Of a stretch of DNA of 62,000 bases, positions 43,842 to 54,997 are shown piece by piece (the first letter of the stretch is position 1; each line of letters starts with the position of its first letter). Position numbers and translations under genes: made by a program. Under the pieces are notes generated by a model that was not told where the DNA came from, did no database searches, and worked only from the letters and a program-made list of their open reading frames with translations. The stretch comes from Wallemia ichthyophaga EXF-994 (lineage: Eukaryota > Fungi > Basidiomycota): positions 82,001-144,000 of the forward strand of contig NW_008806282.1 of the NCBI RefSeq assembly GCF_000400465.1, written 5' to 3'.

Positions 43842-44563
43842 GAGAAGGATGTCTGGATGTCTATTGGAGGATGTTCTGGAGCACGAATCACATCAAAACC
43901 ATAGGCTGGCTCATCCGAGTAATCCGTGAATGACAGAAGTTACTATTACCACGGTCATGGCGCAATACTGCAGGATAATCAAGGCAAATGCACTTGTATT
44001 GATGTCTGTTTACATTTAGGAATCCCGCATTGCACCCTTGAGCACGCAATTCATGCGCCATTCACACCATAGGTTTATCCAGGATTTTCAAATGCGGCAT
44101 TTCAGGCCAAAAAAACGTATAGGCATAGGTTTTAGATGGCGAATTATCCACGTAATTAGCAAACTACATTAAGGTTAGCATGCATTTGATTACGGCGATA
44201 ATGGTGAAGATTTTAACCGCATTAGATCAAATTCCAAAAGGAGGATTATAGTGATGATATTCAGGGATTATATATGTAAATAGGCTTATATGAAATAAAA
44301 AGCAATTTTTTAAATGGAAATGGGTGCGATCACATTGTACGGCTCTGAAGACGTGGAGTTGACAGATTGTTCACAACTTCCATCATCAGCGCACCGGGCA
44401 AAGCACTGTTAATTTACAAAGCTCAAAATTCAGCAAAATATTCAAATTGATCAAATTAATTCCTTCCAATTTAGGAATTTTGCGCCGAATCCATTAGCGT
44501 ATCCAACATCACAATACGCAACGACACGAACAACACAGTCAACACAATTAAAATTTCTTAATC

Positions 44564-46082
44564 ATGGGATTTTTCGAGAAGAAAGATGCTTTGGATGTAG
44601 AGTCAGCAGCACATAAGCTTGATTCTGATAGCAACCTCGAATCCTCCATTAAAGAGAAGTCTCTTTCTTGGCAACAAGCAAGTTTTTTACTTTTGCTTGA
44701 ATACATCGTCATCGCATTGCTAGCGCTGCCTTCCTCATGGGCTAGTCTTGGCTATGGTGGTGGTACCATTGCAACCATCATCCTTGGTCTCACTGCCGGA
44801 TATACTCAACACGTCTTATGGCGCTTCTGCCTCAAGTTTCCAGAAGTACGCGATATTCTTGACGTGGCTGTTATTCTCGTTGGTGGTGGTGCGTCTTATT
44901 TTTTTATCATCAATTATGAGCTAATGTGACAATATCAGGTAAATGGGGTAAAGTGGCGTGGACGTGCGCATTTATCGGATTAGTACTGAATAACGTTGCT
45001 ATTATGGGATTGCATATTGTCCAATTCAGCCTTAGTATCAACACTCTCTCCGACGGTGCGAGATGCACGCAGGTGTTCGCCGTTTGTGGCACCCTCCTCA
45101 TGCTGCTCATTTCCCTCTTCAGAGAATTGAAGCACATGTCTCTTCTCGGGGCTGTAGCTTCCGGAAGTATGCTCGGCTGCATTATACTCGCAATGATCTT
45201 CTCAGGCGTGCAGGATCTCCCCCCCAACCACTCAGGCGGGCCAATCATCGTCGAGCCGTGGGCCCGAGAGGGAGTCGGTCTTGTAGACGGCAACAACGCT
45301 GTTCTCAACATCCTCTACACCTACGTTGGTCACATTCTCATACCGACCTTCGTGGCTGATATGAAGTGAGTCGTCATCTCGACTATAAGCCTCCCCCTAA
45401 ACACACCCTAGAAATCCAAAAGACTTTGGTAAAGCCATCTACGTCTCTATCACTGCAGAAATTGTCCTCTTCTCACTTGCGGGTGGTATCATATACTCGC
45501 AGGTCGGTGCGGCGGACATGACAAGTCCTGCATACGGATCACTCCAACCTGCCTTTCAAAAGACCATTGCGGCATTTGTGTTACCAACCGTAACCATTGT
45601 CGGCGGTGTATATTGCCTCGTCACTGCGAAGACTGTCTTTTCGAGAGTATTCGCTTTCAACTCGGTACACAGACGGAGTCATACCGTGAAAGGATGGTCT
45701 GCATGGATAGTCATCATTATTCTGCTGTGGATATTAGCTTACATCATCGGACAAGCAATTCCATTCTTCAACGATCTCATTTCGCTAATTAGGTGGGTTT
45801 AATTGCTTTTAGCGGCCTATGAATCACACTTACACTCATCTCAGCTCGCTGTTTGACAGCTGGTTCGGTTTTGTCTTCTGGGGCATTGGATATTTCTTTA
45901 TCTACCGCCGCAAGTCCTTCAGCGGTTGGGGCATCGTGGAGGCGCCACTCAATATTATCATCACTATCGTCGGATTTGTCCTATTGGGCTTGGGCACTTA
46001 TACTTCCGTAGAATCCATTATAGAGAGCTATGACACCGGCAGCATTAAATCACCTTTCTCATGCGTCGATAATGGCTTTTAA
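44564..46082 (+). CDS. Amino-acid/auxin permease (Aa_trans, Mtr-like neutral amino acid transporter)
   Basis: LSWQQASFLLLLEYIVIALLALPSSWASLG, NILYTYVGHILIPTFVADMK, IPFFNDLISLISSLFDSWFG and many TM segments. About 4 introns. Confidence 0.88.
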
Positions 46083-46327
46083 GGTGCTTCTAAAAAGCTT
46101 CTCGCGGTTTTGATGACAGATTATACGGAAGATGTTCACTTTTTCTTTACCTTATTACCTTCTTTCTTCTAGGATTTTAGAGACATTTCAACATGCTTAC
46201 GCTTTATGTTTTTACGGATGAATGCTGTCAAAGATATATCTTGTAATTCTACACAAAATAGACATAATATCATATACGGAGTTACATACAATATACAACA
46301 AACGCGAGAGCACCGAAAAAACACTAT

Positions 46328-47872
46328 TCACATAACATATTTGAAATCATAACGTTCATCACCAGTAACGCCATTTCTATCTTGTTCATCTTTTTCCTCC
46401 TGCGTCATGGCTTCCTTGCGTTTGTTCCGTGCTGTGTAGTTGACCCACTGGGCAGCATACAGGACGCATGACATAGCCATCACTGACATACTGACAGCGT
46501 GTCCAATCCTGTTGGTAGTGTAGATTTGGCCTGCAATGATACCACCAATGTTACCAAAACTCTGGTTCATTCCCATTCCAGTTGAGCGCTTAGTTACACC
46601 GCTCGCGTTGGTGTTCCACATTGTTAGATTAAGGCCAACTGTTACGTATATTCCTGTCCCGCAGACAAAGCATGCGAAGTATTGTACACCGACTATATCA
46701 TCAACGCCAAGCAAGATGGCATATCCGGCAACAGTAATAAGAGACGCTGTGATCAGCATCGGTACTCTGTGATTGTAGCGGTCAGCAACCATGGCGCATA
46801 TGACATAAACGATCGCAGCCCAACAATAATTCGCAGCCGAGAGAAGATTGGCATTCACGTAATTGAATCCTAGGTCTTGAATAATTAGCACGAGGAATGT
46901 GGAATATCCAAATAGACAAGTGTCAGCGCCCAGCTGCGCGATGCAAGAGTAGTATACGGCTGGGTCTTTGAGACATTTTTTCACTTCTGTCTTATAATCA
47001 CCCATGAACTGATACTTTGCCCCGTGTGCATACCTCACTTGCATTAGATATTTCTCCCTCTCATTGAGATACCAGGCCGATTGACTATCCTCTGCCAGAA
47101 GGAAGAAGAGCACGATGCCCCAAACGACGGTGAGCAAGCCTTCAAATAGGTAGAGAATCTGCCATCCTTTTAAACCACCACCATTCAATTGTAAAAGTCC
47201 AGAGGAGATAAGGCCACCGAATGCGGAAGAGATGGCTGCTGCGACAAACAACATTGCTGTCCTAAATGCAATCTCGTTTCTTTTGTAAAAAAATGTGATG
47301 TAAATAGCAAGGCAAGGGAAAAGAGCGGCCTCAAAAGCACCTAAAATGAGCCTCAGAGCAACTAGAGTTGCAAAATTTTCCTGAAAACCACTGCCAATGA
47401 CTACAGCGCCCCACAAAATCATTATAGCGCTCATCATATATCTTACCGGAAATCTTTTCATAAGACTTGATAGAGGTGCTTCAAACAGGACGTAGAGTAC
47501 GTAGAACACACTGGTTGCAATGTTAATGCCATTCGAGGGCATGTTGTTCAAGTCTTCTACCATTCCGCCTGAGGCTGCATTTCCAATGTTGCTTCTCTAA
47601 TATGGCGTGAGTGTGAGGTGTCTGAAATAGACAACTACGCACGTCTAAAAAAGATAAGAAGTAGGAGAAGCTAGTAGTAGTCAGATTGTATCTAAAGAAA
47701 TACTCCAAACTCACCCCAAAACAGGACATATGAATAGGTCTAGCTTTCGCACTAGCTTTTTTTCTTCTTTGGGATCAATTTGGACAGTGGAGAGGTCTTC
47801 CTCATGGTCATTGATACGGAAAGACTGGACTGAACCGTTGATTGAATTGTTGTCCTTTTCTTTGTCGTTCAT
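46328..47872 (-). CDS. MFS transporter, Dal5/Tna1 (anion:cation symporter) family
   Basis: EEKKLVRKLDL, NIGNAA, LRLILGAFEAALFP, FFYKRNEIAFR, GWQILYLFEGLLT, AWYLNEREK and NASGVTKRSTG. Start is MNDKEKD at 47872. Confidence 0.9.
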
Positions 47873-47910
47873 TTTGTGTTGAGTGTTTTATTGACAATAT
47901 AAATCACGCG

Positions 47911-47974
47911 AGATAAGGAAGTGATAGTAATATATGACCAATTCTTATCTTATCGCTTAGAAGAATGCTGATAG
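47911..47974. promoter_or_regulatory. Cluster of five WGATAR sites in the MFS/oxoprolinase divergent promoter
   Basis: AGATAA 47911, TGATAG 47922, minus-strand GATAAG twice at 47944-47954, TGATAG 47969. A sixth AGATAA is at 48262. Confidence 0.55.
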
Positions 47975-48363
47975 CTAACTTCTGACTTCTGCTGACTTCT
48001 GCTGACTGCTACAAAGACACGAGTCTTCGACCACCTTCGGCTCTACTCCAAGAATTAATAAAACCAGTCTATTTATATCACCGAGCTGCGTGATCTTGTT
48101 CACTGCAGGTTGAAATTTGACAGCTTTATAGTCAGATGACGTCGTCAATTTCGTCTATTGGTTCTTCCCTGCGGAAAATCCGATTGAGATTAGTCTTATG
48201 AATATTTTCAGCTCACGCTTCCTGCAGTGCCCTCCTGACCCAGTCACACCATCGGCTGGGCAGATAAGATTCATCTCGGCTAGAGGTTTCGCTTCAAATA
48301 ACCTCTAAGACCTTGCTATCGACTTCGTTTCGTCATACAACCAAACAACCAACCAATAACGAA

Positions 48364-50799
48364 ATGACAATTCCAGACAGATCAATACGCGTATCCGCAG
48401 ACAGAGGTGGTACTTTCACAGATATTATAGCCAGCTTTCCCAAGAACGGAAAGCACGAGGAGATTGTGGTGAAATTGCGTGAGTTTAGTGGTGGAGGTAC
48501 AAAGACTGCACTAACGAGTACTAGTATCGCAGGACCCCAACAACTACGCAGATGCTCCTACTGAGGGTGTGTAGTACTTGATTTGATCCGAGAAGCCCCC
48601 ACTTAACCCACGCAGGCATCCGCAGAGTGATCGAGATAGCCACCGGCGAATCTATTCCACGTGGCCAGAAGGTTCCATCGAAGAAACTCGATAATATCCG
48701 CCTTTCCACCACTGTAGCGACCAATTCACTTCTCGAGAGGAAAGGGGAAGAGCACGCGCTGCTTATCACGAAAGGATTCAAAGATCTTCTTGAGATCGGC
48801 AACCAGTCACGTCCAAAGATATTTGATTTGTCAATTAAGCGCCCATCGACGCTGTATAATGACGTCATCGAGGTAGATGAGCGCGTCACTCTCGTTGGAT
48901 ACACGCAAGATCCAGAAAGTGGAGAGAATGCGGTGCAGTTCGACGCCAAGGGCCGCATTGCCCGTGGCTACAGAGGCAAGGGTTGGGATGGTCAAGGTGA
49001 CGCAGAAGGTCCTGGCGACGTCGTGATGGGTGTGTCGGGCGAGGCTGTGCGTATACTCAAGCGACCTGATCTCGCTGTTGTGCGCCAGGACTTACAGAGG
49101 CTTTACAAGAAAGGTATACGCTCACTCGCTATTGTGTTCGTGCACTCATACACATACCCCAAACACGAACAGGAGGTGGCTGATTTAGCTCGCAGCATCG
49201 GTTTCACGCATGTGTCTGCCTCCTCCCAGCTCCTGTCTATGATTAAAATGGTGCCAAGGGGGGTGAGCGCAACTGCCGACGCATACCTCACCCCGGTCCT
49301 CTCAGACTACATCAACGGCTTCTTCCATGGCTTCGACGACGCTATCGGAGATGGTAGCGGTGCTGACGGGGGGTGCAAGGTAGAGTTCATGGGCAGCGAC
49401 GGCGGGCTGTTAGATTTGAGGAACTTTTCGGGCCTCAAAGCAATCTTGTCAGGACCTGCAGGTGGAGTAGTCGGTTATGCGCTCACTTCCTGGGACGAAA
49501 AGGCTAGAATACCAGTCATCGGTTTGGATATTGGCGGTACCTCAACCGATGTAAGCAGATTCGCTGGCGCTTACGAGACAGTGTACGAGACCACGACAGC
49601 AGGTGTTTCCATCCAGTCACCGCAGCTTGATATAAACACCGTAGCTGTGAGTTTTATAGCTAAATCCTCGCGCATCTAACAAACAAACACAGGCCGGTGG
49701 TGGATCGTGTCTTACTTTTAGAGACGGGCTGTTCCACGTTGGACCACATTCAGCGGGTGCACACCCCGGTCCAGCCTGCTATAAGAAGGGTGGACCGCTG
49801 GCCGTTACTGATGCGAATCTGTTTCTCGGTCGACTTGTTCCATCGCGCTTCCCGCGCGTGTTCGGACCCAACGAAAACGAGCCAATCGATCCATCGGCAT
49901 CTGCGGCGGCATTTGGGGAGCTAGAGAGGCAGATCAAGGCGGAGACCAACGCAGAGCATGATTTGGACGCTATTGTCTATGGATACCTCAAAATAGCTAA
50001 TGAGACAATGGCGAGACCAATACGCACGCTCACGGAAGCTAAGGGCCATGCGACGTGGTCGCACATTCTCGCAGCTTTCGGGGGTGCTGGTGGTCAGTCA
50101 GCTGCTGAGATAGCCCAGATACTAAAAATCTCGCGCGTTGTTATCCACAAATACTCGTCTATTTTATCAGCATTCGGTTTGTCGCTTGCAAATAGGACTT
50201 TCGAGAAACAACTGCCAAGTTCAAAGCTGTGGAATCAAGACAGCAAGCCTGAATTCACGAAGAGGTTGGATGAGTTGGCGGGAGTTGTCAAGCAGGAGTT
50301 GAATTCACAGGGCTTCGATAACGAGAGAATCACTCTGGAAAGATACCTCAATATGCGCTTCGACGGGAGTGACACAACACTCATGATTACGACAGACTCG
50401 GACGAACACTTCCACGAAGCATTCAAGGAACGCTACATCGACGAATTCGGCTTCCTTCTTGAGTCTGATATTATGGTCGACGATGTTAAGGTGAAGGGGA
50501 TTGGTAAGACTTATGATCAGCTCGGAGAATCTGCGCTGAGCGAGTACTCCAATTTGAAGCGCAGGCCACTCACGAAAAAGGACGCTGACAGTACACAACC
50601 ATCCTACTTTGAAATTCAAGGCAAGGGCCAGAGAGTAGAGACGCCGGTGTATGTGTTGGATAACTTGCAAGTTGGAGACACCATCACAGGACCAGCCATC
50701 GTAATCGACAATACGCAGACTATCGTGGTGTTACCAGATTGGATTGCAACATCTACCACTCAATGTTTGTTTCTTGAGTGCGAGAAGCTGAAACAGTAG
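48364..50799 (+). CDS. 5-oxoprolinase/hydantoinase A-type subunit (N-terminal half of Oxp1 only)
   Basis: SADRGGTFTD, DPNNYADAPTEGIRR, STTVATNSLLERKG, GNQSRPKIFDL, LSGPAGGVVG, DIGGTSTDVSR, LDINTVAAGGGS and GPAIVIDNTQTIVV, then a stop. Introns 48479-48524, about 48567-48615 and about 49648-49692. Confidence 0.88.
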
Positions 50800-51069
50800 A
50801 GTGGAGTGCATGTAGAAATTAAAAGGATTAGAAATTCAAATGTATCTACGTTTCGAAATTAGAGTATAATAGTAAAGCAAAAAGGTATCAATTGAGTGGT
50901 GTATTCCATTGATAGATCTAAAAAGGGAATAGAAGGTAAGGGTTAGTAGAAATGTTAATTTGGGAGAAAATTCAAGTTATCAATCTAGCTGTGATTGTCC
51001 GGTATTAATGCGTCAGTTATTAGTGAAAAGAAGAATTAAAAAAAGTGGAATTCCTGTAAATCATCCAAA

Positions 51070-52864
51070 CTACTCCAAGCTCGCGTTGTAGTACTGATAG
51101 TTGTTCGGCCCAGGCGTGCGAACCGAATCTTCAACGAGGGGCGGAGGCTGGTAAGCGAACTGACCCTCGCCGTTATCAGTATAGTCTTCGCCGAGCCCGA
51201 GCGCCGACATCCTATCAGCAGACGTGGGCGGACAAGTGAAGCCGAAGCTAGCTACAGTTGGTGTCCTAAAGTCGTCCTCGTAGAATGAATGTGTTGAAGA
51301 GGCTGGTATAGTGTCGAAGGAGGGAAGCGATTGGGTTGTGCGTGGGACGGTGTAATCGAATTCCAAGTTAGACGACTGAGTGTGCTGAATGGGAGCGTAG
51401 GCCATGTCAAAGTGATTAAGGTGACCGATGTGGCCAAAATCGAAAGGAGAAACAGAGCTCATGGTACTGATTGTAGGGAGCGAGCTGCCGTAAATGGTTT
51501 GTGGTTGAGAATACCCAGTGTTGTGTATTTGTTGTTGTTGTTGTTGTTGCTCCTGCTGCTGCTCGAAATAATTCAGCTCCCTGGCAAAAGAATCCTCAGA
51601 ACGGTGTTTGCGCATTGGGCCAGATGAAGGCTCAATAGCTTCTCCAAAAGGTAGCAAGCCGAGATGCTCTGGTGAGCCATATTGGCTGGAGGAAGAGGGG
51701 CGCGACGAGTACTGACTGGCTGAGTCTGAGTTAGTAAGCGAAGACATGTACGAGCAGTCAGACAGAGTGTCTGAGTCTGAAGTCCTTGCGAGGGAACCAC
51801 TATGGGTACTACTATGGAAGCTGCGGTAGGCATCCTTGCCGTCTCTCGAATGTGTGCGGGTATGCACCGCGAGGTTATCAGAGCGGGTAAAAGACTTGAG
51901 ACACACGTCACATCTAAATGGACGCTCTTTGGTATGGGACCGCCTGTGTCTGCGGAGATGTTCATGCCGCTTAAACGCTTTGCCGCATTCGTCACACCGG
52001 AAAGTGCGCTCATCGGGTAGCTCGTTAGTGAGGTGCTCGAGGTGGTTCCAAGGGGGCAGTTTGGAAGGGGTGTCTTTGTGTGCAAGACTGCGCTTCTGTA
52101 AGATCTTTCTCAGAGTCTTTCCCTGCTTGTAGAACTCAGAGCCATTTTTTGTGCCGAGGAGAAAGACGTGAGAGAGGTTGTTGTCGTTGAGCTGTTGGTG
52201 GAGAGAGCAGTCATGGAGCCATTTGAATTTGAAGCTGGGCTCAAAAGTTGCAATTGTAGAGGCCTGTGCGGAAATTAGAAATTGAGGTACGGCGGGAGTA
52301 ATTGAATAGCCAACGCACGGGGTTGCCGGCAGCCTCGCGTTTCAAGTCACGCTCCAAGGCGTCGAGAAAAAGTCTGTCATGCGGCACAGCGTGCCAATTG
52401 AAGAGCTTTTGCTTCTTCTGGGTGCGGATAGCGCCATATCTGAAGAGAAGATCGAGAAGTTCACTGCCATTATCTTGAATGATGCTGTCAATACCAGGTT
52501 TTAAGTTGCGTAGGTCAGAAGAGATGCCCTCGTTGAGTTTTCTGTGGTCACGGATGTGTCTGCCGAGAGAGACAAGTTTAAAGCCGACGATCTTGAATAG
52601 GTCGGATGAGGATATGTAGAGATCGTTTAACCAGCGAATGCAGTGAATGTAATTTGATTCGCTCTCTAGTGGTATTCTGTGTATTAGAGCATGTGGATGG
52701 AGTGGACCTAGATCCAGCTCGTTATTAAACAGAGAAGGAGCCTCAATTAAGAAATTATTTAGAATTTTAATCGAACCAGCGATTTGAACGTCTATTTTAT
52801 CCATGTCTAATGGTTTAACAGGCACCAGGCCAAATTGTGATGATCGTTGAGTTGAAACACCCAT
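51070..52864 (-). CDS. STE12: Ste12-like transcription factor (STE domain + two C2H2 zinc fingers)
   Basis: STE domain (IHCIRW, EGISSDLRNLKPG, IRTQKKQKLFNWHAVPHDRLFLDALERDLKRE). After an intron near 52265-52320 come FRCDECGKAFKRHEHLRRHRRSHTKERPFRCDVCLKSFTRSDNLAVHTRTH. Start is at 52864 or 52804. Confidence 0.85.
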
Positions 52865-54839
52865 GTCAACGACATCTGAAGTTGATGCCGAGTGCACACT
52901 CCTCGAGCAGAATTTGACTAAAGTGAATAATTTGACTAACTCAATGAGCTCAATGGTGTTTAGTCTAGAGGATAGGATGACTAGACTCGAGGGTGCGGTA
53001 ACTCCGCTGCAATCATCGACCAATGGTTTGGATGTTGTCTGTAGGAGTGAGTGTAGGATTGTGTGTTCGAATCTCTCCTAATTCATTTGATACATAGACA
53101 TTCAATCCTCACTCAACGCCATTGATAGCGATCAAAGACTATCAACGATCACCAGCGATGACGAACAAGCAATTATCGCAGGTGCTGATTCAAATGATAT
53201 TAGACCTTACTTGAAATTAGTTTGTTCGCTATGCAATCAACTTAAACACCTAAAACACTCCCAATGGTCTTCTTCTAAGAATGCTGCCACCGATCTCAAG
53301 AACCATGTTCAATCAGGTACACAATCCCTATTAAGGGTGTTTCAGGGCTGGGTTAGAGACGTAAGCATCCCAATTGATGCCGATAGCTGGAATCTCTTGG
53401 ATTTCCCGGGTATACCTCAACACGCCGTCGCGAGGTTAAGTGCCTTTATTGATGCTGTTTATCCTATACTAGACCAACTAGATGACTCTGCGTATACTCA
53501 TCCTTCTATCATTTACTCCTCTGAACGCGCACGCTACTTAAACATTTCTCTCCAGCCAATCTACAAAAAGTCTCAATTTTCACTTGATGCTCATTCTAAA
53601 TCTGGTCCACTTGGTACTCCTTTATATCTAAAAGGTTCTCAATCTCTTTCATCCCTCATAAAGACTGCAATAGCAATGGCTGACGTCGAGTGGCTCTCTG
53701 TCGTTGCTTTGTTTGGCAGGTGTGTTGATGATACAGGCGATAAGAAGGAAACAAATCCCTCAGATTACTCATCTCACTCAATCCATTCCCCCTTTACCTC
53801 TGCAATTGCACCAGCTGCCACTCTCATCCACTCCGCTACTTCAAACATATTCTCTCTTGCACGTTCAACCCCTCTCAAACACATTTTCCCTGTCTTAGAT
53901 GTTATTGAAGGTGTTACTCCACTCGCTGAGCCCTGGGACAAAGCCGTCACTGCGAGATGCACTCAGCCATCCACCAACCAAGTCGCCGCTTTGGTTGAGG
54001 AGTGTCGCTCAATCGCCCTGCACAGCTTTTCCGATGTTATCAAGCGCGTGCGCTTGCATAACGAAGAGAAACACATGACGGATGTGTCAGTAGTGACGAA
54101 TGATACCATTGCATATCTCAAAGAAATACCCGCATATTCCAACACTATGGAGCAGCTCCTGAGGCGTGTGGAGTGGGGGGGAAGGAGTGAACAACGCGCA
54201 CCACGCGCCAACCTCCTCGAGAATTACCTCCGTGATGTACTCACTAATCTGATAACCACACTCACGCACCTCAAACCAAATGCCTACACTACCATTTACA
54301 CGCTCAACAATCTCTCAGTGCTGCGACGCGAGCTGATAGAAGCTTGCGAGCCGGTATCACTCGACCCTAGCAAAGCCGACTCCCCCTCAAACCGCGACAT
54401 AGGAGATCTTTTAGGTGAAGCAGCTGAAGATGCACTCAACGACGCTTTGCGGACGTGGCGCATGGCGTATCTCGACGCAGTGTGGAAACCGTCCCAGGTG
54501 GCGCTGACGTCGGATGAGCTGAGCACCACAAATCAAGGGCCACACGTCCCCACGGCATTAGGGGGGAGTGCCGAACGTAAACAGCTCATCAAGGATAAGT
54601 TCAGCAGATTTAACGAGGCATTTAGCCATCTCGAAAGCTTGCATACCAAGCACCCCGTCGCCAAACGCGACAAAACGCTGCTTGGCAGACTAGGCAAGGA
54701 GTGCAAAGCTATGCTCCTACCTCCATACGCTACGCTCTGGGGTAAAAACCAGTCGGGGGACTTTGCCAAGACACCGTCAAAGTATATGCGCATCACACCT
54801 GATCAGCTCGAGGCGCGTATTGATGGGTTGTTTGTGTAG
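52863..54839 (+). CDS. EXO70: Exocyst subunit Exo70
   Basis: N-terminal coiled coil LEDRMTRLEGAVTPLQ, then IYTLNNL, LIKDKFSRFNEAF and YMRITPDQLEARIDGLF. Intron 53047-53097. Confidence 0.85.
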
Positions 54840-54997
54840 ATGGCTTGTCTATTTAGTGTGCGAATTGGCGTGTACATTGCGTCTTTATATTTGTTTTACT
54901 TTTTACTTTTGTGTGCGCGTGTGTGCATGTGTGCATTTGCGTCACTTGATTAGCAACTTCAATCACCAAACAAAATACACCAGTCAAAAACCAGAAG

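Noticed and set aside
47976-48008. Short repeat (CTTCTG/CTGA units) in the MFS/oxoprolinase promoter
   Set aside because: It has only about three degenerate units and is ordinary slippage.
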